From an uncultured Acetatifactor sp. (GTDB lineage Bacteria > Bacillota > Clostridia > Lachnospirales > Lachnospiraceae), in NCBI GenBank assembly GCA_947630715.1, contig CANRIP010000012.1, positions 123-64,122 of the forward strand: a stretch of 64,000 nucleotides of DNA, in the 5' to 3' direction. The notes under the pieces were generated by a model. That model ran no database searches. It saw only the letters and a list, made by a program, of their open reading frames with translations, and was not told the DNA's origin. Below, one piece after another: positions 8,664 to 18,269 of the stretch. The position numbers and the translations under genes are program-made. Numbering within the stretch: position 1 is the first letter of the stretch; every line of letters starts with the position of its first letter.

Positions 8664-9446
8664 CTACCGGCAACGGCTGTGGGAAACGCGCTTTCGCAGG
8701 AGGGAGAACAGGCTCCAGGGAAACAGAACCAGGGCAAGGCAGCGCAGGATCAGCCTGGCGTACTCCCCAAAGCCCTCCATATTGTTTTGGAGCATTCGGT
8801 TGAGGAAGGGCAGTCCCAGGGCCATGAAACAATACCAGAACACGGGGGAGGCCCATCCTCGGCTGCCCCGTCCGTCTTTTTGACCGGACAGGCCTGTCAT
8901 CAGGCGGTGGAGCAGGAGAAGGGCGGTAAAATACACAACCACGCCGATAGCGGTGTGGAGCCTGTCCGGGGTCAGGGCGCCCCGGAGAAGCCCGGCATCC
9001 TCAAAGTAGGATGGCAGCCGAATGGCGGCCAGGATCCGGATGCCGTTTACCAACACGGTGAAGGAAAAGGATAAGAAAACGCTGGCGAAGATCCAGGCCA
9101 TGCCCCGAAACAAGCGCCCTGCCGGTCTGCGGGAGGAAGATGTTTCCCCGGCGGCATGCGGTACAAAAGAAAAAATCAGCATGGCAAGGGTGATCATCAT
9201 AAATCTCACGCCGCTGCAGGAGGGCGCGATCAGGATGCGCCGGCTGGGATTGACATATCCCGCGCCGGGCGACCATACAAAGGAAATCCCGCTTAAAAGC
9301 TCCACCCAGCGGACGGTGGGCGTCAGGATCCAAAGCAGGGAATCGCAGTCGGCTTGCCGGTAATAGAGCTTGAAACCCGCAAGCAGGATCATTCCCGCCA
9401 GATAAAAGGGAACATTTTCCCCTGGGAAACGCGCTTTTGCATTCAT
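8664..9446 (-). CDS. xrtK: Exosortase/archaeosortase family protein, exosortase K-like
   Basis: Multi-TM; catalytic Cys (IAPSCSG), Arg (VNGIRI) and His (RLHTAIG); WILTPT..WVELLSG; ATGA-coupled to the upstream gene. Confidence 0.85.
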   Translation of the reverse strand: MNAKARFPGENVPFYLAGMILLAGFKLYYRQADCDSLLWILTPTVRWVELLSGISFVWSPGAGYVNPSRRILIAPSCSGVRFMMITLAMLIFSFVPHAAGETSSSRRPAGRLFRGMAWIFASVFLSFSFTVLVNGIRILAAIRLPSYFEDAGLLRGALTPDRLHTAIGVVVYFTALLLLHRLMTGLSGQKDGRGSRGWASPVFWYCFMALGLPFLNRMLQNNMEGFGEYARLILRCLALVLFPWSLFSLLRKRVSHSRCR

Positions 9447-11500
9447 TCGGCAACCTTCCTTTTCGCTCTTTTCTTGGTGTGCCATAGCACAACGGCCAAA
9501 ACCATGACGGGCAGCAGGCTTTCCGGTTCGGAATAGGCGCGGTACCCGCCTCCCACGGCAAGCTGGGACACTCTTTGGGGAAGGGGCAGAGCCTGCTGCA
9601 CGTCTCTGCTTTCATCGGTGGTATTGCGGATGATTTCCGATACTGCCACAAAGGAGGTATAGGGAGTGATCATGTTGTATTCCAGCCCCAGCTTTGTAAT
9701 TTCTTCCTTGATGGAGTGATCGTTCCGCAGGCTCCCATATCCGGCTAACCGGTCCAGATGGGTCCTGGCCCAGAGATAGCGGACCGCCTCGCTTTCGTCA
9801 TTGACGCTGATATCGGCCACCGAGATTTCCTGGCGGTAATCCTCCTCCCCGGATCTGCCGGAGATGGAGATGGTTCCGCAGGGGCTGCCGGCCCATTTTC
9901 CAAACAGCACAATGGGCTGGCTGGCGTAGAGGATGGAAGGAATTTCCGGCTCCACATCATAAACGCCGAATCCCTGGAAATCCACGGAAATGTCGGTCAG
10001 AAGCGGGGCCTCGATATAGGTGCGGAAATCCTCGGCGGCGTCCAGGGCGTCTTCCTCGTCGGTGACGATAAAGGATTCGCCCAGGCCGCATGCGGCAATC
10101 TGTTTGATCAGGTAGTCATTGACGGAGGTGCCGATGCCGAAGGAAAAGAAACCCGAATCCTTCATATGGGCGCAGACGTAATCGATAATCTGGCCGTCGT
10201 TGGAAACGTAACCGTCGGTAATGACCACGATGGTTCTGGCATAGCCTTCCGTCTCCGGGATGTAGGAGGCGGCGGTCATAGCCGGCAGCAGGGAAGTCCC
10301 GCCGCCTCCTTCCAGCGTATCGATCAGATGAATGGCGGTTTTTACATTATGGGAGGTGGCCTTCAGGGAATTTTTGGAAAGGAGCGTGGTATCATTGGAG
10401 AACAATACCAGATCAAACAGATCCGATTCGTTCAGGTTCCCCACCAGATCCCGGATCAGCCCCTTCGCGGTATCCAGCGGATAGCCCGCCATGGATCCGG
10501 AGATATCCAGAACAAAAATATATTCCCTGGGAACGATTTCCTCCGGTTCATATCGTTCAGGGGGCTGTATGGTGAGCATGAAAAAGTTTTCTGCCTCCCC
10601 CTGAGTCTGGCCCCGTGTCAGGACAAGTCCGCTTTGAATGGTTTCGTCGGAGAGGCTGTATTTCAGGATAAAGTCTCTGTTTCCCGCGTAATCGTCAGGG
10701 TTTGCCAGCGTGACCACAGCGTTGGAAGGATCCGTCTGCCGCACAATCACCCCGTGGGATTTGCAGGTCACCTGGGAAATGGGTACCCCTGTGGAAAGGG
10801 ATACGGTAATCTGGAAATCTCCTGAGGGAACGCTGTCCTCCGGCAGATAGGGGCTTGCGATCCAATCATTGTCGCTGACGCTTTGGGAATCTTCCGAAGG
10901 CGTATCGGTCAGTTCCGTATAGCGGGGGCCTACGACGGTGGGAAAGACAAACTCGTAGATGCCGTCGGTGGGTGTGATGAGCTGGGTGTAATGAAGCTGG
11001 ATGGTGACGGTGTCCTTCGGCATGATGTTGGCCACGTCCATGGTGAACACGTTGGGGCGTTTCTGTTCCATTAAGGACGCGGTCTTTCCTTCTTCCTTAG
11101 CCGTTTCATACACGGTTTTTGCTTCTTCCTTTTCCTTGATCTGAGCGGTAATCCGTTCGTTTCCGATCCTCATCTCCATGCCGTGCACACACACGTTGGA
11201 GGCGGCGGGAAATACATACCGGGCGTTGATGGGAACGCTTCCCAGGTTGGCGTAGGTCTGCGTCACATATATTTCAGCGATCATGCCGCTGATATTTACG
11301 TCCACATTGGTGGCCTTTAAGGGGAAATGCTCCACCTCCGCTCCCTCCTCGCCGTTTTGAATGACAAAGTAGGGCGCCAGCATTTTGTCCTCCTGCGTTT
11401 CTTCTTCCTCTTTGGCCTGAACCGGGAAACCGACCGCTCCCAAAAGCAGGAAAGCGGCCAGGCAGCAGGACAGCGTTCTTTTTAACAGGTGTTTGTTCAT
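9443..11500 (-). CDS. Secreted VIT + VWA domain protein with a C-terminal YSEP-hydrophobic-basic sorting tail
   Basis: Signal peptide; VIT (YVFP..V.GMEM, AKEEGKTASLMEQKRPNVF); MIDAS residues LDISGSM/GGT/ITDG; tail YSEPESLLPVMVLAVVLWHTKKRAKRK. Confidence 0.9.
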   Translation of the reverse strand: MNKHLLKRTLSCCLAAFLLLGAVGFPVQAKEEEETQEDKMLAPYFVIQNGEEGAEVEHFPLKATNVDVNISGMIAEIYVTQTYANLGSVPINARYVFPAASNVCVHGMEMRIGNERITAQIKEKEEAKTVYETAKEEGKTASLMEQKRPNVFTMDVANIMPKDTVTIQLHYTQLITPTDGIYEFVFPTVVGPRYTELTDTPSEDSQSVSDNDWIASPYLPEDSVPSGDFQITVSLSTGVPISQVTCKSHGVIVRQTDPSNAVVTLANPDDYAGNRDFILKYSLSDETIQSGLVLTRGQTQGEAENFFMLTIQPPERYEPEEIVPREYIFVLDISGSMAGYPLDTAKGLIRDLVGNLNESDLFDLVLFSNDTTLLSKNSLKATSHNVKTAIHLIDTLEGGGGTSLLPAMTAASYIPETEGYARTIVVITDGYVSNDGQIIDYVCAHMKDSGFFSFGIGTSVNDYLIKQIAACGLGESFIVTDEEDALDAAEDFRTYIEAPLLTDISVDFQGFGVYDVEPEIPSILYASQPIVLFGKWAGSPCGTISISGRSGEEDYRQEISVADISVNDESEAVRYLWARTHLDRLAGYGSLRNDHSIKEEITKLGLEYNMITPYTSFVAVSEIIRNTTDESRDVQQALPLPQRVSQLAVGGGYRAYSEPESLLPVMVLAVVLWHTKKRAKRKVAE

Positions 11501-11735
11501 GGAAAACCTCCTTGTATCGTTTCGTTTGATTCCTGGTATGACAGTATCCTAAAATGCCAATGCACAGAAAAAGCATCAAATTTACTAATTTTTGCCATCA
11601 TTTTGTGATCAAAGTTGCATCAATCTGAAATTCAAATTGAATTTCACCGCCAAAGCGGATAAGATGGGAGTAGGATTCGTCCCCGGGAGGGCAGGGTTTC
11701 GTCCGGGGAAATGTATGGATCGGGGAGAAAAGCTT

Positions 11736-12938
11736 ATGTACCGTGCCGTGGTGACGTTAAAAAAGGGAGAAGGCCGTTTCCTGAAAGCCGGTGGAATGTG
11801 GATTTATGACAATGAGATTGACTCCGTCATGGGAAAGTTTGAAAACGGGGATGTGGTGGAGGTCAGGGATTTTGACGGTTACTGCATGGGCTGGGGATAT
11901 GTGAATCTGCGCTCCAAAATTGCCGTGCGGATGCTCTCCCGGAAAAAGGACGCTGTGATTGACGCCGCTTTTCTGGAACGCCGGGTGCGGGACGCATGGG
12001 AATACAGAAAGCAGGCCATAGACACCTCGAGCTGCCGCCTGATCTTTGGGGAAGCCGACTTCCTGCCCGGCATCGTAGTGGACAAATTTTCCGACGTTTT
12101 AGTGGTGGAATCGCTGACCCTGGGAATCGACAGGTGGAAACAGACGATTGTGGACGCCCTAAAGAGGGTATTGGCGGAGGATGGCGTCATGATCCGCGGC
12201 GTGTATGAACGGAGCGACGCGAAGGTACGTCTTCAAGAGGGGATGGAGCCAGTCAAGGGATTTATGGGAGAACCCTTTGACACCAAGGTGGAGATCCGGG
12301 AAAACGGGGTCAGGTACATCGTCGATGTGGAGGACGGACAGAAGACCGGTTTCTTCCTGGATCAGAAAAACAATCGGGCGGCCATCCGGCGCTTTTGCAA
12401 AGGGAAAAGGGTTCTGGACTGTTTTACCCATACAGGATCCTTTGCCTTGAACGCGGGAATGGCGGGAGCGTCTGAAGTGCTGGGTGTGGACGCGTCGGAG
12501 CTGGCCGTGCGGCAGGCCACGGAAAACGCCGGATTAAACGGGCTGGAAGGAAGGGTCAGGTTTGTCTGTGAGGACGTATTTGAGCTGCTGCCCCGGCTGG
12601 AGGCCCAGGGAGAGCGGTTTGACGTGGTGATCCTGGATCCTCCCGCGTTCACAAAGTCCCGGAATTCTGTCAAAAACGCGGTGAAGGGATACCGGGAGAT
12701 TAATCTGCGGGGGCTGAAACTGGTGAAGGACGGGGGATTCCTGGCAACCTGTTCCTGTTCGCATTTCATGGAGCCGGAGCTGTTTGCCAAAACCATCCGG
12801 GAGGCGGCCGTGGGAGCGCATAAGCGCTTGCGACAGGTGGAATTTCGCACACAGGCCTGCGACCACCCCATCCTCTGGGCGGCGGATCAGTCCTATTATT
12901 TGAAATTCTACATCTTTCAGGTGGTGGAGGAGCGGTAA
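11736..12938 (+). CDS. rlmI: RlmI-like class I SAM-dependent rRNA methyltransferase
   Basis: PUA-like N-terminus, GEADFLPG, GQKTGFFLDQ, LDPPAF, TCSCS, YYLKF. Confidence 0.9.
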   Translation: MYRAVVTLKKGEGRFLKAGGMWIYDNEIDSVMGKFENGDVVEVRDFDGYCMGWGYVNLRSKIAVRMLSRKKDAVIDAAFLERRVRDAWEYRKQAIDTSSCRLIFGEADFLPGIVVDKFSDVLVVESLTLGIDRWKQTIVDALKRVLAEDGVMIRGVYERSDAKVRLQEGMEPVKGFMGEPFDTKVEIRENGVRYIVDVEDGQKTGFFLDQKNNRAAIRRFCKGKRVLDCFTHTGSFALNAGMAGASEVLGVDASELAVRQATENAGLNGLEGRVRFVCEDVFELLPRLEAQGERFDVVILDPPAFTKSRNSVKNAVKGYREINLRGLKLVKDGGFLATCSCSHFMEPELFAKTIREAAVGAHKRLRQVEFRTQACDHPILWAADQSYYLKFYIFQVVEER

Positions 12939-13000
12939 AAGGGCGCGGTAAAGTGCACGGTTAAAGGGTGCGGCAAGGGGTGCGGTGAAAACGCACGGTT
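12933..13000 (+). repeat. Degenerate 12-13 bp tandem repeat (about 6 units) starting at the last codon and stop
   Basis: CGG cores at 12933, 12946, 12958, 12971, 12983 and 12996 (units such as AAGGGCGCGGT). Confidence 0.6.
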
Positions 13001-13014
13001 TTTGGGAAAAAAGA

Positions 13015-13043
13015 TTGACTGTCCGGTCAGGTGATGATATAGT
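13015..13043 (+). promoter_or_regulatory. SigA promoter
   Basis: TTGACT-17 bp-TATAGT with a TG extension. Confidence 0.6.
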
Positions 13044-13123
13044 GATAACTCCGGATACGAATGGCCCAGAGAGGCTGCGGGACATTTCCCTCCGGAAAAC
13101 ATTTTTACGGAAAGGCGCGGATC

Positions 13124-13960
13124 ATGCCGGAAATTATCAAAGATACATTGACAGATACGTTAAAGCTGCTTCCTTTTCTGTTTCTGACTTATCTGGTGAT
13201 GGAATACCTGGAACACAAAACGGGAGAGAAGACGCAGCATATTATAAGAAAGGCGGGACGGCTGGGACCGGTGCTGGGAGGGGCGCTGGGGATCGTGCCC
13301 CAGTGCGGTTTTTCCGCGGCGGCGTCCGGCCTGTACGCGGGCAGGGTGATTTCGCTCGGCACATTGATGGCGGTTTATCTTTCCACCTCCGATGAAATGC
13401 TCCCCATCCTGATTTCCGAGAAGGCGCCGTTGGAACTGATTTTGAGGATCCTGTCTGCCAAGGCCGTCATCGGGATTACGGCCGGGATCATGATCGATAT
13501 TCTGTGCAGACGAGGGAAGGCACAGGAGTATTCTCACATCCATGATCTGTGTGAACAGGAGCACTGCCACTGTGAAAAGGGCGTGGTTCGCTCCGCCTTG
13601 ATCCATACGGCTCAGATCGGCTTTTTTCTTCTGATCATCACCTTTGTATGCAATCTGGCGTTCCACTTCGTGGGGAGGGATGTTCTGGGGAATTTGATTT
13701 TGAATCACCCGGTCTTTGGCCCCATGCTGGCCGGCCTGGTGGGACTGATTCCAAACTGCGCCGGTTCCGTTTTGATCACGCAGTTGTATCTGAAGGGGGC
13801 GATGAACCTTGGCGCGGCCATGGCAGGGCTGTTATCCGGTTCGGGCGTGGGGGTTTTGGTATTGTTTCGGGTGAACCGTAATCCGGGGGAAAATCTCCGG
13901 ATCCTGGCGCTGTTATACGGGATCGGAACGGCGGTCGGCATTGTGATCGGCCTGATGTAA
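13124..13960 (+). CDS. Putative metal (manganese/arsenic-type) permease
   Basis: Two related halves GIVPQCGFS and GLIPNCAGS, STSDE motif, His/Cys-rich loop HIHDLCEQEHCHC. Confidence 0.75.
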   Translation: MPEIIKDTLTDTLKLLPFLFLTYLVMEYLEHKTGEKTQHIIRKAGRLGPVLGGALGIVPQCGFSAAASGLYAGRVISLGTLMAVYLSTSDEMLPILISEKAPLELILRILSAKAVIGITAGIMIDILCRRGKAQEYSHIHDLCEQEHCHCEKGVVRSALIHTAQIGFFLLIITFVCNLAFHFVGRDVLGNLILNHPVFGPMLAGLVGLIPNCAGSVLITQLYLKGAMNLGAAMAGLLSGSGVGVLVLFRVNRNPGENLRILALLYGIGTAVGIVIGLM

Positions 13961-14139
13961 GGGCAGCGAAAAATCCGCAGAGGGTTCCGGCGGGGAGAAA
14001 ACCGCCATAAAAACGGATGTATGTATAGCAAAAACAGGAAGTTTATGTTATGATGGAAACACGGTGGAACATCAGCCGCGCCGCCAGGGGGTTGCGGCGG
14101 GCTGTCACAGGGGGAGTAGAAAGATAAGGAGGCAAAACC

Positions 14140-16251
14140 TTGAAGACTGCCAGGTCGGAAACGGAAAAAAAGGCTGGAAAGACCCAGAAGGCAAAAATGC
14201 CGAAGACAGCCTGTGATGTTTTGATTGTAGACGATGATGAATTTAATCTGCGGGTGGCGGGAGACATTCTGAAAGAGCATTACAAGATCCATACGGTGCA
14301 GTCCGGGGAGGAGGCCCTCGCTTATATGGAGGAGCGTCTGCCGCGGCTGGTGCTTTTGGATCTCCATATGCCCAATATGGACGGCAGGGAAACCATGAAA
14401 AGGATTCAGTCCCATGCCGGGTGGAGAAAAGTGCCTATTATCTTCCTGACGTCGGATACAAAGCCGGAAACCGAAATGGAATGCCTGGTTCTGGGGGCGT
14501 CTGACTTTATTACCAAGCCCTTTGTCCCCATGGTGATGCTCAGCCGTATCAGCCGTATTATCGAGCTGGCGGATCTACAGAATGATCTGGAGAGCAGGCT
14601 GGAGGAAAAAACCAGGCTGGTGGAGAAGGTATCCTTAAATTCCATTATGGTTATCGCCAACACCATCGACGCAAAGGACGCCTATACGTCGGGGCATTCC
14701 ATGCGGGTGGCGAAGTGCTGTTCCGCCATCGCCAGGAAACTGGGCTGGCCGGAGCAGGAGGTGCAGAATATTCACTATGTGGGGCTTTTGCACGATATCG
14801 GGAAGATTGGGGTGCCGGATGCGATCCTGAACAAGCCCGGCAAGCTCAGCGATGAGGAATTCCGGATCATCAAGAAACACCCTGTGATCGGAAACGATAT
14901 TTTAAAGGATATCCGCATGATCAAGAATGTGGCGGAGGGCGCGCTGTACCATCATGAGCGCTATGACGGAAGGGGATATCCCTTTGGGCTTGCAGGGGAT
15001 AAAATCCCTTATTACGCGAGAATTATCGGCATTGCGGACGCCTACGACGCCATGACGTCCAACAGGATTTACAGGCATAAGCTGCCCTCGGAAAAGGTGG
15101 TAAAGGAATTTGAAAGAGGACGGGGAACCCAGTTTGACCCGCAGTTGACGGATCTGTTCCTGGAAATGCTGAAAAACGGTTTTGACGTGTCTAAGGAGAA
15201 AGGGGACATCATCTGGGACGATGACCTGGCCAGCGAAAGCAGCGCGCTGCTCAGCAAGGTGCTGTCGGAATACGCCGCGGACGCCCAGAAAAACGCGATT
15301 ACGGATCCTCTGACCGGTTTGTATACAAGAAATTATGCCGAGGTGCAGATTGAAAAATATTTGGGCGAAGCCCGCCCCGGTACGTTCTTGATGATCGACA
15401 TGGACAATTTCAAATACATCAACGATACTTACGGGCATATCGCGGGGGATATGACGCTGCGGGCGTTTGCCGATGTGCTGAAACTGAACACCGGGAAGGA
15501 CGATGTGGTGTGCCGTCTGGGCGGGGACGAATTCATTGTCTTTCTGACGGATATGACAAGCCGTGAGGAAGTATCCGAAAAAGCGGAAAACATTCTGAAA
15601 ATGCTGGCTGCCAACCTGAAAAAGCTGGAATGCAACGGGATTAGTTCCGTGTCCATAGGCATGGCCGTATCCCCCGATGACGGCAGGAATTTTGAGGCCC
15701 TGTATAACAATGCGGACAAGGCGCTGTACTATGTCAAGCGCAACGGCAAGAACGCCTTTACCTTTTACAGTGAAGAAAAGGAGAAAAACAGCACTCTCAG
15801 CACGGGTACGGATCTGGATCACATCCGCACCATGCTGGAGGGACGTATGGATGAGCCGGACAGCGGGATTTTTAAGGTGGAATATGCGGATTTCCAGCGG
15901 CTGTATACTTATATTTCCAGGGGCGTCAAGAGAAATCATCAACAGGTGCAGACCCTGTTGTTTACCCTGACCGGAGATGGCAGCAAAAAACCGGAGACGG
16001 GTTTCGAGGAATCCATGCGGGCGCTGGAGCTGGCGGCGGCCTCGTCGCTGCGGATGGTGGACGTGGGCACCAGGTACAGCAGTATCCAGTATATTGTCAT
16101 CCTGCTGGATACGGATATCGAAAACGGAAAAAAGGTAGCGGACCGGGTGGTCAAAAAATTCTATCAGATGTATGGCGGCAGAGGCGTGTTGGTATCCTTT
16201 GATATTCAGACCATGCAGCCCCATTTTAACAAGGATGAGCCCAATGGGTAA
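14140..16251 (+). CDS. REC-HD-GYP-GGDEF c-di-GMP signalling protein
   Basis: REC (IVDD, LDLHMP, KP); HD-GYP (LLHDIGKIG, HHERYDGRGYP); GGDEF (DPLTGL, DMDNFK, RLGGDEF); TTG start after RBS AGGAGG. Confidence 0.93.
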   Translation: MKTARSETEKKAGKTQKAKMPKTACDVLIVDDDEFNLRVAGDILKEHYKIHTVQSGEEALAYMEERLPRLVLLDLHMPNMDGRETMKRIQSHAGWRKVPIIFLTSDTKPETEMECLVLGASDFITKPFVPMVMLSRISRIIELADLQNDLESRLEEKTRLVEKVSLNSIMVIANTIDAKDAYTSGHSMRVAKCCSAIARKLGWPEQEVQNIHYVGLLHDIGKIGVPDAILNKPGKLSDEEFRIIKKHPVIGNDILKDIRMIKNVAEGALYHHERYDGRGYPFGLAGDKIPYYARIIGIADAYDAMTSNRIYRHKLPSEKVVKEFERGRGTQFDPQLTDLFLEMLKNGFDVSKEKGDIIWDDDLASESSALLSKVLSEYAADAQKNAITDPLTGLYTRNYAEVQIEKYLGEARPGTFLMIDMDNFKYINDTYGHIAGDMTLRAFADVLKLNTGKDDVVCRLGGDEFIVFLTDMTSREEVSEKAENILKMLAANLKKLECNGISSVSIGMAVSPDDGRNFEALYNNADKALYYVKRNGKNAFTFYSEEKEKNSTLSTGTDLDHIRTMLEGRMDEPDSGIFKVEYADFQRLYTYISRGVKRNHQQVQTLLFTLTGDGSKKPETGFEESMRALELAAASSLRMVDVGTRYSSIQYIVILLDTDIENGKKVADRVVKKFYQMYGGRGVLVSFDIQTMQPHFNKDEPNG

Positions 16252-16268
16252 AAATTTCTAAAAAAAGC

Positions 16269-16297
16269 TTGCATTTACCGGGGCAATATAATATAAT
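16269..16297 (+). promoter_or_regulatory. SigA promoter of tRNA-Lys
   Basis: TTGCAT-17 bp-TATAAT. Confidence 0.7.
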
Positions 16298-16344
16298 AAC
16301 ATTTGCGTTGTGAATTACCAAAATTTCCGATTGCATATGGGAAA

Positions 16345-16417
16345 GCACCGCTAGCTCAGTTGGTAGAGCACCTGACTCTTAATCAGGGTGTCCAGGGTTC
16401 GAGCCCCTGGCGGTGCA
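16345..16417 (+). tRNA. tRNA-Lys (anticodon CTT)
   Basis: Acceptor stem GCACCGC/GCGGTGC, anticodon arm CCTGA-CTCTTAA-TCAGG, GGTTCGAGCC T-arm. Confidence 0.97.
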
Positions 16418-16440
16418 TGCGCTCCCTTCGGGGAGTATAA

Positions 16441-16486
16441 AGTACTGATTTTGAGGACTCAGAGCCTTGGGGTCGGTGCTTTTTTT
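16441..16486 (+). terminator. Terminator after tRNA-Lys
   Basis: AGTACTGATTTTGAGG/CCTTGGGGTCGGTGCT stem (with G-U pairs) followed by a T-run. Confidence 0.6.
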
Positions 16487-16536
16487 CTGCTTTTTTTGCT
16501 GCCCCGGTGAACCGCCAAAGCCTTTGGAGGGTTTTC

Positions 16537-17085
16537 TCAAACGCGGATCAGCTTGCAGTTGCCGAGCTTGAACGTCCAGAATTCCTGTAAGGGCAAGTGT
16601 TTGACCTGGCAGATGATGCTTGCGTTCATGGCGCCGTGCCCCATAATCAGGATATCTTTGTTCTGCTCCAACTGGGGATATATGATTTCTTGGAGGAAGG
16701 AGCCGGTTCTTGCAAACAATTCCTCAAAGCTTTCCCCGCCCTCCACCGGTACGGTGTACTGCTCCGGCGCCTGAAAGAGCACGTTTACGGGGCAGTCGGG
16801 GATGAGAAAGCAGTTTTCGATTCCCTCATAGACGCCGAACCCCATTTCCGTCAGTCTGTCGTCCGTGATCACCGGGACGTCTCTGCCCTGTAACATCAGT
16901 TGAGCGGTTTCCTGGGCCCGGATCAGGGGAGAGCAGTAGCATAGGTCAAAATGCACGTCTCCGTACTCTTTACCGGCGTTTTCCGCCATGATTCTTCCTT
17001 CTTCGCACAGGGGAATATCGGTTCTTCCCTGGAGCTTGTGTTTCTGGTTCCATTCCGTTTTTCCATGTCTCATCAGATACAGCAT
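16537..17085 (-). CDS. Histidine phosphatase (phosphoglycerate mutase-like) family protein
   Basis: LYLMRHG.T.WN, QG..DIPL, SPL.RA..TA, GESF, GHG; RBS GGAGG. Confidence 0.92.
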   Translation of the reverse strand: MLYLMRHGKTEWNQKHKLQGRTDIPLCEEGRIMAENAGKEYGDVHFDLCYCSPLIRAQETAQLMLQGRDVPVITDDRLTEMGFGVYEGIENCFLIPDCPVNVLFQAPEQYTVPVEGGESFEELFARTGSFLQEIIYPQLEQNKDILIMGHGAMNASIICQVKHLPLQEFWTFKLGNCKLIRV

Positions 17086-17347
17086 AAGATACCTCCCAAC
17101 TGAAAAAAGTATACTATAACCGAAGGAAAAGGACAACTGTTTTCCCGGTTTTGCCCGGCTGGAGGAGGCGGGGGAAAAAAGGAAAAAGGGGGAAAAAAGG
17201 GAGAAGACCAGGTTGTTGGGGAAGGCGCTCTGTGATAGAATAGGGACGAAACAGGCGGCCGGTTTGGGCCTGTCAGGACTTTCCAAAACGGCAGCGGATG
17301 GAAAGCTGCAAAGGACCATAGAACGGTATGATCGGAGGAAAAGGAAC

Positions 17348-18124
17348 ATGACGGATCTTTTTGATACACACGCCCATTACGATGATTCCGCGTTTGACGG
17401 GGACAGGGAGGAATTGCTGGGAACGTTACAGGAGCATGGAATCGCGGCGGTGGTCGATGTGGGGGCAAGCATCGGCTCCTGTGAGAAAGTCAACGCTCTG
17501 ATGGATCGATATGACTTTCTCTACGGGGCTTTCGGCATCCATCCCAGCGAAACGGAGAATCTGACGGAGGCGGATATGGAACGGCTGTTTGGCCTTTGCC
17601 AAAACAAAAAGTGTGTGGCGGTGGGGGAGATCGGGCTGGATTATCACTGGGAAAGCCCGGACCGCCAGGTGCAGAAGAAATGGTTCCAACGACAGTTGGA
17701 GCTGGCAAGGCAACTGCAAAAGCCTGTGATTATCCACTCCAGAGACGCGGCGAAGGATACGGCCGATCTGCTTACGGCGGCGCGAGGGCAGGAGATCGGC
17801 GGCGTGATCCATTGTTATTCTTATACAAAGGAATCTGCCAGGGAGTATCTGGACATGGGATTTTATTTTGGAATCGGCGGGGTTTTAACCTTTCGCAACG
17901 CCAGGAAACTGAAGGAGGCGGCGGCTTACATACCCTTGGACCGGATTGTGCTGGAGACGGATTGTCCTTATCTGGCGCCGGAACCATACAGGGGCAGGCG
18001 GAACGATTCCCGGTACCTGCCTTTGGTGGTTTCCGCGCTGGCGTCCGTGAAGGAGATGGACGAGGAGGAAGTGCGCAGGGCGGTTTGGGACAATTCCCTG
18101 AAACTGTACCGCCTTTTTTCATGA
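17348..18124 (+). CDS. tatD: TatD-family nuclease
   Basis: FDTHAH, GIHP, GEIGLDY, IIHSRDA, HCYS, ETDCPYLAP. Confidence 0.95.
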   Translation: MTDLFDTHAHYDDSAFDGDREELLGTLQEHGIAAVVDVGASIGSCEKVNALMDRYDFLYGAFGIHPSETENLTEADMERLFGLCQNKKCVAVGEIGLDYHWESPDRQVQKKWFQRQLELARQLQKPVIIHSRDAAKDTADLLTAARGQEIGGVIHCYSYTKESAREYLDMGFYFGIGGVLTFRNARKLKEAAAYIPLDRIVLETDCPYLAPEPYRGRRNDSRYLPLVVSALASVKEMDEEEVRRAVWDNSLKLYRLFS

Positions 18125-18231
18125 CCGGCGCTTGGATGGAAACGCAGGGCCTGCCAGGCGGGGGGATGGGGAAGGGATTTTCGTTAAGAATTAATTCGGG
18201 GGTGCTTTAGGAAATCTTAATGTTCCCGCGG

Positions 18232-18260
18232 TTGACTGAAAGCATAATCGAAGATATAAT
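18232..18260 (+). promoter_or_regulatory. SigA promoter of the lipid operon
   Basis: TTGACT-17 bp-TATAAT. Confidence 0.7.
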
Positions 18261-18269
18261 TTTCCAGAG

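Noticed and set aside
13044-13123. yybP-ykoY Mn riboswitch upstream of the metal permease
   Set aside because: The leader is short and lacks recognisable consensus or a terminator
14902-16224. 440-aa minus-strand ORF (likewise 24274-25497 and the plus-strand 9758-10825)
   Set aside because: Opposite-strand shadows of well-supported genes in GC-rich DNA
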